A stretch of DNA of 64,000 nucleotides. Origin: a virus. Taxonomy: Duplodnaviria > Caudoviricetes. Below the pieces are notes generated by a model. That model saw nothing but the letters and a program-made list of their open reading frames with translations. It was not told where the DNA came from and did not search any database. This document shows positions 39,301-50,523 of the stretch, piece by piece. Position 1 is the stretch's first letter; the number at the start of each line of letters is the position of its first letter. The stretch spans positions 25,497 through 89,496 of the IMG/VR virus record IMGVR_UViG_3300032030_000044. One strand, 5' to 3'. Both the position numbers and the translations under genes were made by a program.

Positions 39301-42300
39301 AAAAATTTATTACTTGGAGAATTATATAATTTTGCAAAACAATTAAATAATGTTGTAGATATTGATAATTCTATTCCAAATGAATATCAATATGTATTTA
39401 AAGAAAATGTTTCAGGTTTAGTTGGACAAGTTCATTATAATAATAAAAAACAAATAATAGAAACTGTTAATGGAATTGACCAATTAGCAGGGACTTTCTT
39501 TAAATTTACAACTCTATTTGCTGTTAATGGTTTTGATATAAATAAAGAATTGATTAATGCTTTTTCCCTTTACGGGGGTGAAAATACTGATTCTATAATT
39601 GTAACTAAAAGAGAAAAAGATAAAGTTTCTAAATTATTTAATGTTACTGGAGGAAATGGAATATTTACCATTGTTGATGGAGAAATAATGTTAAATACAA
39701 AAAATAAATTATTAATTAATACTGTGAATAATTTAACTAAAAAGTGGTTAGAAAATTTTATAGAAGATACACAAAATAAACTACAACCATTTAATTCGCT
39801 TATTGAATATAATGAAAAACGAATGAGTGATAAATCATATAGTGATTTCATTAGATTTAATCTTGTAACTTCTTTAGCACGTATTTCTGCTCAAAGTATA
39901 TTAATTGGTTCTGATAAATTTTATAAAGATAGTCGTACATATTTAAAACGAACTAAAGGAATACAAGGAAATGGAAAAAGTTATTATGGTGGTAATTTAT
40001 TTGCTGGTTTTGGGCAAGAAATTTCTGATATTATTGAAAAAGGTAAAAATATAGAAATAATGAAAATTCTTATTGCGAAAGTTGATGATAAAGGAAATGT
40101 AATAAAAGATGAAAATGGAACTATTGAATATGAATATGTTCCTTTAACTGCTAGAAATGGTTTTAGAGCCGCTACAGTTTATAATACAGTTAGAACTTCT
40201 GATAGAGCTGAAGATTTACGAAAAGATTTAGAGCTTTCTTTTAAAGAAAAGATAAAAAATGGTGAAATTAATGAAGCTACTGCAAATAATATTATTGATA
40301 ATATTATGGCTGGTTTTGATAGTTTAGATAAAGCAACTAAAGTAAATGATGCACAATCATATATAACATTTGAAGAATTTATTAGAAGGCGTTGGGCTGA
40401 TGGAACAATAGAAAAATATAGAGAACTTATAAACGATATTTATGCAGTTAGAACTGGAGAAAAATCATTAGCTGAATTAGATGTTAATAAATTAAATTCT
40501 TATGTTCAAATTCAAAAAAATGTATATTTTGACCAACAAATTGATAAAGAATTAGGAGTTGCTTATCCACGTTTTATAAAAAATGCAGAATTTGTTTTAA
40601 TACCTGAATTGTTAGGAGAACATAGTTCTTTAAGACAACTTTATGATATAATGCGTCAATTTAATTTAGATCAAATTAATACATTAGAAACTTCTAAAGC
40701 TGCGAATAGAGATGTTTTAACATTTTGGGATAATGATGGAGTTGCAAATCCAGAAAGATTTAAAGCTGAATTATCACAAATGATTGGTACTGATGACAAT
40801 AAAAAATCTCCTTCTATAGAAAATTATTATTATAGATTTTTATTTAAACAACAAGATGTTGTTCAACATATGAAAGATGAATATAATAAAGCTGGTTTAC
40901 AAATTGTTAAAAAAATTATTGATAATATTGCTTTTGAAAATCCAGATGATCCACGAGCTAAAGCTGTGCAAAGATTTATGGATAGTTTTACTTCTAATAT
41001 TAAAAATAGTTATGAAAGTTTTATATTAAGAATGGGTTGGAGAATAAATGAAAATGGTGAATTAGTTAATATTTCTGATGGTTCTACAATATTAAATTTT
41101 AGAGAATTTTATCGTAATGCTAAACTTGAAGCTCAACGATTAGGAATGGACAGTAATTTTTTAGATTATTTTGATGTTGATGCTAGTGGAAATCCTAAAA
41201 TGCCTAATTGGTTAAATATATTTAGTTCTAAAATGGAAGCTATTGCTCAATCTATGTTTAATAATTCTGTAACAAAACAACAGTTACCTGGTTGGCATGC
41301 TGCACAAGTTACAAGTGTTGGACAAGAAGGAGTATATGATAGCACTGGAAAAATAAGAAGACTACAATATCATCCTCGAGATGAAAAAGCTGGTAGAAAT
41401 TCACCTGTTATAGAAATATTAATACCACATTGGAGTAATGTTATTAAGCAATATGTATATGATAATACTTTATCTGTTGCTGAAAATGATATAAGAAGAA
41501 AAAAATTTGAACAAGAACAATTAGATAAATTAAATAAAGCTGGATTATTGGAACAAATTGGTTATCGTATACCTACTGAGGGAAAACAATCTATTGCTAT
41601 TTTAAAAGTTGTTGGATTTACAAATGAAGCATATGGTAGTACTGTATTTGTTCCAGATGAATGGGTAACACAAACAGGTTCTGACTTTGATGTTGATACA
41701 ATTTATAGTATATTTCATAAATTTAGATATAATTATGAAACAGATCAATATGAAAAAATTAAAGAACTTAAATTTGCTAATGAAAATCAATTAAAAGCTG
41801 GATATGTAAAAAAATTAGAAGAAATTATAGATAATGCTAAAAATAGGTTAATTAGTGAAGATGATTATGATGAATATGAATCATTAGGAGAATATAAATC
41901 TAAGGTAGGAGAATTACAAAATGATATTAAAACTTATAGAAAATTTATTAAAAATAGTGATAAATATAAAACTATTGATACAAGAATAACTGAATTGATT
42001 AGACAAATTCGTGAAATAAATAAACCTTTATATGAAGGTATTCAAAAAAGAGGAGCTGAATTATCACGTAAATTTAAAGCTATAGGAAATGGAGATTATG
42101 CAGCTCATTATAAAGATTTTTATAATTTTTATATCGAACTTGCTAATAGTGCTGAAGAACAAGGAGTAAATCCTGAAATATTTAAAGAAATTGCTGAATT
42201 ATTACAAGCAAAATATTTATTGGCTGAAGCTCAACAAAATAAAAAAGATATTGAACAAGAACGAGGAGTATTATTAAAAGAATTTCAAACAAAACGATTT

Positions 42301-45300
42301 GAAATGTTAGAATATATTGCTAAAAAATATGGTTTATTAACATTTGAAGAATATAAAAATTTATCTGATATTGATAAACAAACAAGAGATGTTAGAAGTA
42401 ATATTATAATTGATTCTTTTTTAGACATTATGCATAATTTAGATTCTCTTGAAGAAAATCTTTCTCGTTCTAATTTTGATGATATTACAAATGTTAATGA
42501 TTATTTAAGAACATTAAATAGTGATTTAAATAAATTAAATATACCTGTTGGTAATAGTATTTCTCAAATTTATCTTATGAATGATGCTATTATGGGGGCT
42601 CGTCTTAAAGCTCGTTCTGTAATGAGAGATACATTTTTATCAATTTGTAATAAATCAAGAGCTGTTGTTGATAGTAAATTAGCTATAAGAGTAGCATACG
42701 ATTTAACATTTAACCCAGAAAATAAAGAAAATCCTGAATATAATGCTGAATATTTAGCAATGCATTATGGTGCTATCATTAATGGAAATACAGCTATTGT
42801 CAGTCATGATAAATTGGGTTGGAATAAAAATAATAGAAATATTGTTGGACGACTTATAACAGTATATGGTTCAGAAACTACTGCTCATATTCTTGATGCT
42901 GTAAAAGAAGGTGCTATATTAAATGAAACTGAAGATACTTTTGGTGTATTTAAAACTATGCTTGATTTAGGAATGGATTACTATACTGCTATTGGCTTTT
43001 TAGCTCAGCCTACTATAACAAGACTTGTAGAAGAATTTGATAAAGGTAATAGTATTTATATTTCAGATAAAGTAAATGCTATTAATCAAATGTTTGTAAA
43101 TATTGCTAAAGAATTAGGTATATCTGGTTTTAGTCAATATACCCCACTACAAGATATTTTTGAAGCTATTGCAGCAGAATTAAAATTATCAACAACTAAA
43201 TTAAGTCAATATAAAGAAAATTTTGTTTTAAATCAAAAAGAATTATTTGATACTATTATCAATCCTAATAATGAAAGTGTAAAACATAAATTAGATGTTT
43301 TAATATTTTATGTAAAATTAAACGATATAAGTAGAGAAATTGAAAATATTATAAATCTAACAAATCCTGATAAATTAGCTGCTAAACAAACTATATTTGA
43401 AACAAAAAGAATGTTAAAAGCTATTTATGAAAAAGGTTATGGTACAGAAGATACTGTTACAAAAATAAAAACTGTTGATGGTAAAAATTTAATAGAAGCT
43501 TTATATCCAAATATGTTGGAAAAAAATCCAGTAAATGTAGCTACATCTAAATATCAATCTTTAGCAGCATTTTTAAAATATAGTACAATACCTTCAGTTT
43601 TAATAAATAGTCAATTATTTGATTTAGAAGGCGAAGGATTTACTATGAATATTCAACAATTTCAAAATGTTTCTGAATTAACAAGAGCTTATTATAATAC
43701 AAATGAAGAAGATTTTGATAAATTAGGAATGACAGAAGATGAATTACAGCAACGATATTTAGAAAATATGTTTACTGAATTTGGAATTGTTGAAAAAACT
43801 GAAGCTGCTCTTGGAAGTACATTTACACCAGAAACATATAGACAATATAAAGAATATATTATAGAGCATTTAGCTTATGGAATTAAAGATTTAGTTTCTC
43901 CTATAACTGTTGATGAAAATGGATTATATAAAGAAGTAGAAGATGTAGATATTATTGAAAATGCAAATGGTATAAGTGAAGCTAATGCTTCTAATGCAGT
44001 AAATTATTGGAATCAAGAAATTGCAAGAATTTATGGATATGGTAGATTAACTTCAACAAGTTTTAATGTTATAAATTTTAATGCTCCTACTAAAGAAGAA
44101 ATAGAACAATTTAGAAATTTAACTCCTGCTCAAAAAATTTTATGGTTAAAAGAAAAAAGTGGTCAAAATGTTGGTATATTTGAATTTATTAAAATTTTAG
44201 CTCCATATAAAACAAGAAGTCTTCTTACAAGTACTAATTATGCTGAATTAAAATATTATGAAGAGCATGACCCAGAAATTACTTATAATTTATTTAGAGC
44301 TGCTGCATTTAATAAAAATCCATTAGTTCGTTTAGCCGTCGCTGATTTAGTAAAATATGCTTATATAGTAGAAGGAGGAAGATTTAAACGAGGAAGTATA
44401 GGAAAGATTATCACAACAGATTTTCTTTTAGCTGTTAATGAAGATGGTGGTTTTAGTACAACATTTGGCAAATCATTAATTGATAATTTTAAAACTGAAA
44501 AAGATAGATTAAAAAATGATATAAATTTTGCTTCAGAAGAATTTGTAGAAAAATATATTCGTTCTCATAAAAATTTCTTACATAAAGTTTATATTAATAA
44601 TTTTAGTAATATTGGAAATGTTAGTACATTAGATTGGTTTAATAAAAAACGACAACTTGATGGAGCATATTTTATATCTTATGAAGCTTTATCTGATAAA
44701 GGAGTTGAAGAATTTATGGAAAAACTTATGCCGTCTGATAATACAAAACCTTATAATTATGTTTTAATTAAATTTCAAAGATTTAAAGACAAATTTGAAC
44801 AAATATATAAAGTTCAAAGAACAAATAATGGCTATTATATTTATCCTTTAGGTATATTAGAAGAACATGAACATACTGATTATTCTGTAAATAATACTAA
44901 TAATCCAATATTTGATAAACAAAATTATATTGAACAAATAGACAAATTAAATCAAGGTTTATTTGTATTAAATGGAAATGGTCAAATATATTGGCAAGGA
45001 GAAACAAAATTAAAAAATAAAATAAATCCATTTACTATTAAATATGATAAAGTAGATATAAGTGTAGATGAAAATTTTATAACAGATAGTAAAAATGAAT
45101 CAGTAAATAAACAAATATCTGACAATTATAATTCCCCTGTAGAGGGGAAAGAACGTTATGGATTTATTGCTATAACTGATAGAGATATTCTTGCTAAATT
45201 AAAAGGCAGAATAAATGTTAAACAAAATTTACAAGTAAATGTTAATGGTTCTATTGAAAATGTTACTGCTGTTATTTCTGATAATGGAAATGTTTCTCAA

Positions 45301-48300
45301 AGCAAATATCGTGAAATAAGAAATGCTATTGAACTTGTTAGAGCTGGTAGAGCTTATAATGAAAAACGATTTACAAATTCTGAAAAATTACTTATAAATC
45401 ATTTATCTCAAAGTCCTGGTTATTTACAAAATGTATTTCTTGTTAAATTTGTTAAAGATGAAGTTGCTGAACAAGAATTGACAAAACATTTAGAAGAAGT
45501 TGCTGGAAATGATAAACGAGAATATGTTAGTAGTGGATTTATACCAGGTCGATTTGCAGAAGGTTCAGAAAGAAAAGCAAAAAATGTTAACGATGCTGAT
45601 AGATTAACAGGACGATTAGCAAAATCATTATCTAATAAAAGAGATAGACATGCTAATGATATTTCTAGAAATTTTGCTATAAAAGTAAATATGGGAGAAA
45701 TATTAGTTAATGATTTAGATAGATTAAGAGAAATGAGTAAATCTATATATGCTTTAAATGCTGAATATTATAAGCAACGAGCATTAGAACTTATTGAAAA
45801 AATGGAACAATTTGATATTGCTGGTGTTAAAAAAAGAATAGATAGTGATGAATTTTTTGAACTTTTACAAGAACATCCTGAGTCTTATGATGAGTTTCTT
45901 AATTTATTATTAGATGCAAAGAATTTTGGTGGAGAAATAGGTGAATTTTTTAATTTAGACATTAGTTCTGAAGATGAAAGTATTCAACAATCGTTTAAAA
46001 CTATTATTGAGTATATACAAAAAGTTCGTTCTAATTCAATATTAACTGGTAAAAATGGTGCAATTGTTAAATTATTTGATAAATATATAGCAAAATTATA
46101 TTCTACTAATCCTAATGTTAGAGCAGAATTAATAAATTTGCGTACTCAATTTGGAGATATAAATTGGTTTGATTCTATATTTGCAGATACTGCTGAACTT
46201 AATAACAAACAAGTTCAAGCTACAATTCAATCTGTTTATCAAATATTAGTTAAAGCAAAAGAAATAATAACTCCAAGAATTAGAGAACAATTTATATCTG
46301 AATATGATGAAATTATGTCTAGACCTGGAGAATTTGAATGGGAACATATTATAAATGATGGTAAATATATTCAATTATATGATGAAAATTTTATAAAAGA
46401 ACGCGACCGCTTAAAAGAAAAATATATAAAAGCGTTAAACGAATATGGTAAATATGATATAAGAACTTTAAGAGCTAAATTAAAAAGAGATAAATTTTTT
46501 GCATATAATATAAATCAGCCTATATTGCCACAATATTATATAACTCTTACTCGAATTACAGAAGATGTGTTAAATAGTGATCCTGAAACTTTTATTGCAT
46601 ATAGAGAATTGGCTGATAAATTAATGGAAGTTAAACAAGAAATTATTGCTCATGTAGATGGTGCTAGAGAAAGACAGCGTGCACTTCGTAGACAAATGAG
46701 TGAACTACTACAAGATAATGATGTTATGAAAACTTATTTTATAGAAAAAAGAAAATTGATTGAAGAATATAAAAAAACTTCTCCTTTTGAAACATGGTCT
46801 GTACAATTAAGAAAATATAGAAAAATTGTTGAAGAATATGATAAAAATAATCCTGTTATGACATTGCGTCAGAAACTTGAAAATACACAATATAAAGAAG
46901 CTTATGAATGGATACAAGATAATACTATTCAACGATTGACTTTAGAAGCGCAAATACGATTGGACACTGCATTTAGTATATTAAGAAACAATCAACATAA
47001 AATATCTATACATGATCAAATTAGTAGAGTAATTTCTAATGCTGATGCATATGATGATTATGGAAATGTTGATGGAACTAAATTTACATTAGAAGAACAA
47101 ATGAATATTAAAAATATGATAACGGATTATTACGATACTCAAAATTCTGAAAAAGATGATGTAGAAGATGTTTTAATAAAATGTTTAGGTAATTTACAAA
47201 ATAAAAGAATTAAACAAGAGTTTTGGAATGGAACATATGATATTGGACATAAATATAAAAATTCTAATAAAGAACGAAATATAATAATTAAAGCTATAAA
47301 TAATTTATATAGAGAAGTTGATGAAGTTGCTAAAACTAAAAAAGATAGAGTTTTAGGAGAGAATGGTTTAGATGTATATATGTTTGTAAAATATGCTACA
47401 AGTGAACAACTTGAGCGTATGCAAATATTATATAGTGAATTAAGAAAAGAAAAATCTATTGAAGATGAAGAAGATAGAAGATTTATGGCTGTATTTATTT
47501 CTAATAATGCTCATACTGAATATAACGATGAACAGTTTGTTAGAGATAAAACTTTAGTATATAAAGAATTTGGTGAAGATAGCGTAAAAGCATATAGATT
47601 TAACCAAATTTATGGAAGACATGATAGAAAAACCGGAGAACTTATTAAAATAAATGGTATTTTACAAGCAAGTGATGAAACTTATGGAAAACTTATTCCA
47701 AATGATAGTAAATTTTTAAATTATGATTTTGAAAGAGCAAAACGATTTATTGATAATAATATAGAAGATGTTCCAACTAATTATTATTATGAAGCTGAAG
47801 CTGAAGCTATAAGAAATGGAACTTATGAAGAATGGTATAATGCAAACCATATTTATAATCAATATACAAGACATTGGGAACCTATTCCAATTTGGACTAA
47901 AATGTCATATAAACAAGATGGTGTATTAGCTCGTTCTTATGAATATATGCCAACTAATGATTATGAATATCTTGCTATAAAAGAAGGTAAAGAAAATAAA
48001 GATTATAAATCTTATGGTTCTAATTTTAATGTATCTATATCTTCATATAAAAATCCAAATTATTTTAGAAGTGATGGAAGTATTAAACTTACTGAAAAAG
48101 AATTGGCTATGTTACAACTGTTACAAAGATATGCTTATAAATATGCTACAACTGATAAATATAAAAAGTATAATGAAATGTATTTGCCAAGATTAAGAAA
48201 AATTAAAAAAGATTCTGAATATTTAAAAAATGCTGCTTTGCAAGCTATAGGTTTTAATATAAGAAGAAATGATATAGAAAATTGGCATGAACAAATTGGA

Positions 48301-50523
48301 TATTTATATGATTATGATGAAGACTTTTCTATGTTTGAATTATTAAAAAACAAAGAAAGTAAAGAAAGAATACAACCAAAAAATAAAAGTGAATTTGAAA
48401 CTGAACGAGAATATCATGAGCATTTAGCTGAAGTTAAAAGACAAAATGAAGAAATAGATGCTGCAAACTATAAAATAGATTCAGAATTAAGAAATGAAAA
48501 TTGGAAAGATGTATTTACTCAATTAATTACTGAGGGTGAAATGAAATTAGCTCGAGATAATACTAAAAATATATTATGGTTATTGCTTGCAGATTTAGCT
48601 ACAAATGATGCATATAAAGTAGATTGGAAAGGTAAAGTTAAATTAAATAGATATGAATCTAACGGTGAAGATTTATTAACATATCAACATGAAACTCAAG
48701 AAAGAGTTAGAAAAGTATTAGAAAATTTTGCTCATAGAGTAATGTATGATGAATATAAAAGACCTCATAAACTTGTTCCTTTTAGTAATGCATTACAAGC
48801 TTTTACTAGTGCTAAATTTATGGCACTTAACGTTCATGGTGGTGTTGCTAATATTGCAACAGGTTATGCTGGTATTATTGCTGAAATAATGGCAGGTGAT
48901 TATTTTAATAAATCTCATTGGATTGAAGCTGAAGCAGAATATGCTAAACTATTACCTTCATTTTTAGCAGATATGTATGATACAGAAGGCTCTAATTTAA
49001 TGTCTGCAATAGTAAAATTAATGAATCCTGTAGATTATGATGAATTATTAAATCGTCTTGAACAATCAAGTACTGCTGCTGAATTTTCTAAAAGATTAAA
49101 TGACGCAGTATATTCACTTAATAGTTTAGGTGAACATAAAATGCAAGTTACTGCTGCTATTGCAAATTTAAAAGCAAGTAAAATTTATTATGACGAATTA
49201 AGAGGAAAATGGGTTATAGGAAATATTAATAATTATACAAGAGATATTGAAAATATGGTAATGGCTGAAATACTTGAAGAATATTCTGAAAAATATGGAA
49301 ATGGCGAATTTGATATATTAAAAGCTTATGTTAATTGGATTGATAAAATTAAAACTGATATGGATTTTGCAAGACAATTTGATAATTTTACATCTGATCC
49401 AAACATTGATTTTATTAAAATGATTACAAGACAAGCACATCCTAATTCTAATTTATTAGAAGAATTTAATAAGCGTCGTGCTGAAAAATATGAAGAAGCA
49501 AGAGAAAGGTTTGAAAAAGAAGAAGATGTTATAAGTCAATTTGAATTTGTTCCTACACGAAATGGTAAAGGTTTAGCAAGAATAAAAAAAGGTTCTCATT
49601 TAACTGAAGATAGTTTTGCACAATTTATTGTAAAATCTCGTAAAATAAATAATAAAATACATGGCGTATATGAAAAATTAGGTAGAGCTGCTATTGAACA
49701 ATATTGGTATGGTAATTTAGTTATGCAATATCATAAACATATATATCCAGGTATTATGAAACGATTTAGAGGTTTTGTAAATGAAGGTTATTATAATGAA
49801 GCTCGCGAAAGTGTTGAAGTTGGTTCTTATGTTAGTCTTACTAAATTATTATTTGGAGATTTTTATAAAACTCTTAAAATGAGTTTAAAGAAAAAACAAA
49901 TTGATTTTAATGAAAAAGGTGAAATAACAGAAGAAGAAATAACTGTTTTAAAATCTTTACAAAATGCAGCAAGTGCATTAGTTTTAGGACTTCTTCATGT
50001 TAGACAAAATTATAAAAATCTTCCATTATGGGAACAACATAATGTAAAGCGAGCAATTGGTGATGCTTTAGCTATTTTTGATGCTGCTGCTTTAATTATG
50101 CTTATGTATGCTATGTGGGATGACGATGAAATGAAAAATGATTTATGGAAAGCTAATGTTGCATATACTTGGTCACGTATATTTAGTGAAAGAATTATGT
50201 GGACTCCTTCTGGTATGATTTCTGAAGGTCATGCTTTATGGGATAGTCCTGTAGCTGGTTCAACAGGAATTACTGATAGTCTTAAAATGACTAATGAAGT
50301 TGTTAAATTATTATTTGGTGATGAAGAAGTTGTGTACAAAAATGGTCCTTATAAAGGTAGATATAAAGCTGAAGTATTATTAACTCGTAATATTCCTGTA
50401 TATCGTATTTTTAAGAATATTGAAAATATGGGTGTTAGAAATAGTTATTATAATGGTGGAACTTCTAATTTAAGTGCTCAAAAAACTCTTAAAAATATTG
50501 TTAGAGATTTACAAGAAAAATAA
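36307..50523 (+). CDS. Virion-packaged DNA-dependent RNA polymerase (crAss-like, two-barrel)
   Basis: 4738 aa; catalytic GSDFDVD (D1793-D1797; 41683-41697) preceded by GYRIPTEGKQS, as in crAss-like/phi14:2 gp66-type RNAPs. Confidence 0.9.
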   Translation: MACTFYGFTIPSEKDKDNRVANAISNNTVSRGNIPLQVILADAVINKTAAEIINAVNKANSTNKNWKEVPVVENLYELNLNVLKKVLKNYAILQSKDIANYRVAHTQKALRGFNSEVALEFAKEYTADMLLDIYYEHINDKHLNDKMLKTEFKRRVERHFNDIIRMFETTAKEYIKEHEEENDIIKGFQKLDKLRKDLSEFKETNDIKNDADASKKYETLKCNIIAYLYSFIADFNNLAKNKSIINTEALQNYTALYKIASSNDNTWFEDVSCLSKINTIARLLNPPLQEDTYEEVDFDDESDYVNPEHDTDEDNGWDKNKIQSSYDKLFSNDFKIYLASKLYKVAAPINRNTTEVIPVYDTNNPLGVKMKMDVKQVYVTLLSALNDGKYFKDIYALADRIDNLAQSVPELYGFYIIADDIRKDHALGNKILQQLRLARINKTIIAFDENDIVTTHNNAGFISHITNFNNITDQIQRNYMGLIDSSIIKLHELKTKIQKLNTAILPSDADLFDKTVRDYADSISAVLTYLSPNITKEIITAYLRSNLKTVDGKKRVSNLLNNTIALANIAVKENSRFNKDYVTWKENVLKPFYKSINSEYDSQDQYAEDGDAEFTKRETPRFDYNNYMQISGEYKVDDLANTINNIIEALEDFMIVNIDLNSPNAEGHNSSNIIDNNYLTNIVQLIKEGRDKEGLEAFKELYKSCPQLKFNPIFVGIEGTQFNGLFIEDAHGNLTINEEGVKALNLSLFDGVKTLDNEEAKTYTKLTLGDYFLSQAILYFNGTGIRENGNTTNTTTFLLDTPSDGQKNFMMSISKLEDKNSFTIANQSEILTPFNNFIQSKFDIPNSNDETAYQKYSMDIKEDLKTYSTNEINFDTLYNILTGKNTIDTKKLKHKNLSADKNSVVYTVYYKDIEGNKVIIDLQGNFVDKTRSSITNIQILKIASTTIYTYKDEQIDTLTNKIPDSIIIPIKKKLLNEALKNKTAKIEINTRSDVYLGFKNLLLGELYNFAKQLNNVVDIDNSIPNEYQYVFKENVSGLVGQVHYNNKKQIIETVNGIDQLAGTFFKFTTLFAVNGFDINKELINAFSLYGGENTDSIIVTKREKDKVSKLFNVTGGNGIFTIVDGEIMLNTKNKLLINTVNNLTKKWLENFIEDTQNKLQPFNSLIEYNEKRMSDKSYSDFIRFNLVTSLARISAQSILIGSDKFYKDSRTYLKRTKGIQGNGKSYYGGNLFAGFGQEISDIIEKGKNIEIMKILIAKVDDKGNVIKDENGTIEYEYVPLTARNGFRAATVYNTVRTSDRAEDLRKDLELSFKEKIKNGEINEATANNIIDNIMAGFDSLDKATKVNDAQSYITFEEFIRRRWADGTIEKYRELINDIYAVRTGEKSLAELDVNKLNSYVQIQKNVYFDQQIDKELGVAYPRFIKNAEFVLIPELLGEHSSLRQLYDIMRQFNLDQINTLETSKAANRDVLTFWDNDGVANPERFKAELSQMIGTDDNKKSPSIENYYYRFLFKQQDVVQHMKDEYNKAGLQIVKKIIDNIAFENPDDPRAKAVQRFMDSFTSNIKNSYESFILRMGWRINENGELVNISDGSTILNFREFYRNAKLEAQRLGMDSNFLDYFDVDASGNPKMPNWLNIFSSKMEAIAQSMFNNSVTKQQLPGWHAAQVTSVGQEGVYDSTGKIRRLQYHPRDEKAGRNSPVIEILIPHWSNVIKQYVYDNTLSVAENDIRRKKFEQEQLDKLNKAGLLEQIGYRIPTEGKQSIAILKVVGFTNEAYGSTVFVPDEWVTQTGSDFDVDTIYSIFHKFRYNYETDQYEKIKELKFANENQLKAGYVKKLEEIIDNAKNRLISEDDYDEYESLGEYKSKVGELQNDIKTYRKFIKNSDKYKTIDTRITELIRQIREINKPLYEGIQKRGAELSRKFKAIGNGDYAAHYKDFYNFYIELANSAEEQGVNPEIFKEIAELLQAKYLLAEAQQNKKDIEQERGVLLKEFQTKRFEMLEYIAKKYGLLTFEEYKNLSDIDKQTRDVRSNIIIDSFLDIMHNLDSLEENLSRSNFDDITNVNDYLRTLNSDLNKLNIPVGNSISQIYLMNDAIMGARLKARSVMRDTFLSICNKSRAVVDSKLAIRVAYDLTFNPENKENPEYNAEYLAMHYGAIINGNTAIVSHDKLGWNKNNRNIVGRLITVYGSETTAHILDAVKEGAILNETEDTFGVFKTMLDLGMDYYTAIGFLAQPTITRLVEEFDKGNSIYISDKVNAINQMFVNIAKELGISGFSQYTPLQDIFEAIAAELKLSTTKLSQYKENFVLNQKELFDTIINPNNESVKHKLDVLIFYVKLNDISREIENIINLTNPDKLAAKQTIFETKRMLKAIYEKGYGTEDTVTKIKTVDGKNLIEALYPNMLEKNPVNVATSKYQSLAAFLKYSTIPSVLINSQLFDLEGEGFTMNIQQFQNVSELTRAYYNTNEEDFDKLGMTEDELQQRYLENMFTEFGIVEKTEAALGSTFTPETYRQYKEYIIEHLAYGIKDLVSPITVDENGLYKEVEDVDIIENANGISEANASNAVNYWNQEIARIYGYGRLTSTSFNVINFNAPTKEEIEQFRNLTPAQKILWLKEKSGQNVGIFEFIKILAPYKTRSLLTSTNYAELKYYEEHDPEITYNLFRAAAFNKNPLVRLAVADLVKYAYIVEGGRFKRGSIGKIITTDFLLAVNEDGGFSTTFGKSLIDNFKTEKDRLKNDINFASEEFVEKYIRSHKNFLHKVYINNFSNIGNVSTLDWFNKKRQLDGAYFISYEALSDKGVEEFMEKLMPSDNTKPYNYVLIKFQRFKDKFEQIYKVQRTNNGYYIYPLGILEEHEHTDYSVNNTNNPIFDKQNYIEQIDKLNQGLFVLNGNGQIYWQGETKLKNKINPFTIKYDKVDISVDENFITDSKNESVNKQISDNYNSPVEGKERYGFIAITDRDILAKLKGRINVKQNLQVNVNGSIENVTAVISDNGNVSQSKYREIRNAIELVRAGRAYNEKRFTNSEKLLINHLSQSPGYLQNVFLVKFVKDEVAEQELTKHLEEVAGNDKREYVSSGFIPGRFAEGSERKAKNVNDADRLTGRLAKSLSNKRDRHANDISRNFAIKVNMGEILVNDLDRLREMSKSIYALNAEYYKQRALELIEKMEQFDIAGVKKRIDSDEFFELLQEHPESYDEFLNLLLDAKNFGGEIGEFFNLDISSEDESIQQSFKTIIEYIQKVRSNSILTGKNGAIVKLFDKYIAKLYSTNPNVRAELINLRTQFGDINWFDSIFADTAELNNKQVQATIQSVYQILVKAKEIITPRIREQFISEYDEIMSRPGEFEWEHIINDGKYIQLYDENFIKERDRLKEKYIKALNEYGKYDIRTLRAKLKRDKFFAYNINQPILPQYYITLTRITEDVLNSDPETFIAYRELADKLMEVKQEIIAHVDGARERQRALRRQMSELLQDNDVMKTYFIEKRKLIEEYKKTSPFETWSVQLRKYRKIVEEYDKNNPVMTLRQKLENTQYKEAYEWIQDNTIQRLTLEAQIRLDTAFSILRNNQHKISIHDQISRVISNADAYDDYGNVDGTKFTLEEQMNIKNMITDYYDTQNSEKDDVEDVLIKCLGNLQNKRIKQEFWNGTYDIGHKYKNSNKERNIIIKAINNLYREVDEVAKTKKDRVLGENGLDVYMFVKYATSEQLERMQILYSELRKEKSIEDEEDRRFMAVFISNNAHTEYNDEQFVRDKTLVYKEFGEDSVKAYRFNQIYGRHDRKTGELIKINGILQASDETYGKLIPNDSKFLNYDFERAKRFIDNNIEDVPTNYYYEAEAEAIRNGTYEEWYNANHIYNQYTRHWEPIPIWTKMSYKQDGVLARSYEYMPTNDYEYLAIKEGKENKDYKSYGSNFNVSISSYKNPNYFRSDGSIKLTEKELAMLQLLQRYAYKYATTDKYKKYNEMYLPRLRKIKKDSEYLKNAALQAIGFNIRRNDIENWHEQIGYLYDYDEDFSMFELLKNKESKERIQPKNKSEFETEREYHEHLAEVKRQNEEIDAANYKIDSELRNENWKDVFTQLITEGEMKLARDNTKNILWLLLADLATNDAYKVDWKGKVKLNRYESNGEDLLTYQHETQERVRKVLENFAHRVMYDEYKRPHKLVPFSNALQAFTSAKFMALNVHGGVANIATGYAGIIAEIMAGDYFNKSHWIEAEAEYAKLLPSFLADMYDTEGSNLMSAIVKLMNPVDYDELLNRLEQSSTAAEFSKRLNDAVYSLNSLGEHKMQVTAAIANLKASKIYYDELRGKWVIGNINNYTRDIENMVMAEILEEYSEKYGNGEFDILKAYVNWIDKIKTDMDFARQFDNFTSDPNIDFIKMITRQAHPNSNLLEEFNKRRAEKYEEARERFEKEEDVISQFEFVPTRNGKGLARIKKGSHLTEDSFAQFIVKSRKINNKIHGVYEKLGRAAIEQYWYGNLVMQYHKHIYPGIMKRFRGFVNEGYYNEARESVEVGSYVSLTKLLFGDFYKTLKMSLKKKQIDFNEKGEITEEEITVLKSLQNAASALVLGLLHVRQNYKNLPLWEQHNVKRAIGDALAIFDAAALIMLMYAMWDDDEMKNDLWKANVAYTWSRIFSERIMWTPSGMISEGHALWDSPVAGSTGITDSLKMTNEVVKLLFGDEEVVYKNGPYKGRYKAEVLLTRNIPVYRIFKNIENMGVRNSYYNGGTSNLSAQKTLKNIVRDLQEK
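38709..38721 (+). repeat. Degenerate copy of the 16-bp motif (TPSDG)
   Basis: TCCCTCTGATGGG; three core mismatches, may be protein-driven. Confidence 0.35.
39564..39578 (+). repeat. Dispersed 16-bp motif, in CDS (SLYGG)
   Basis: TTCCCTTTACGGGGG. Confidence 0.75.
45132..45149 (-). repeat. Dispersed 16-bp motif, in CDS (SPVEG)
   Basis: TTCCCCTGTAGAGGGGAA on the + strand; perfect 7-bp stem around GTAG. Confidence 0.9.

Noticed and set aside
41572-41584. CCTACTGAGGGAA resembling the dispersed motif
   Set aside because: It does not fit CCC-N6-GGG and is explained by the conserved RNAP sequence RIPTEGK.
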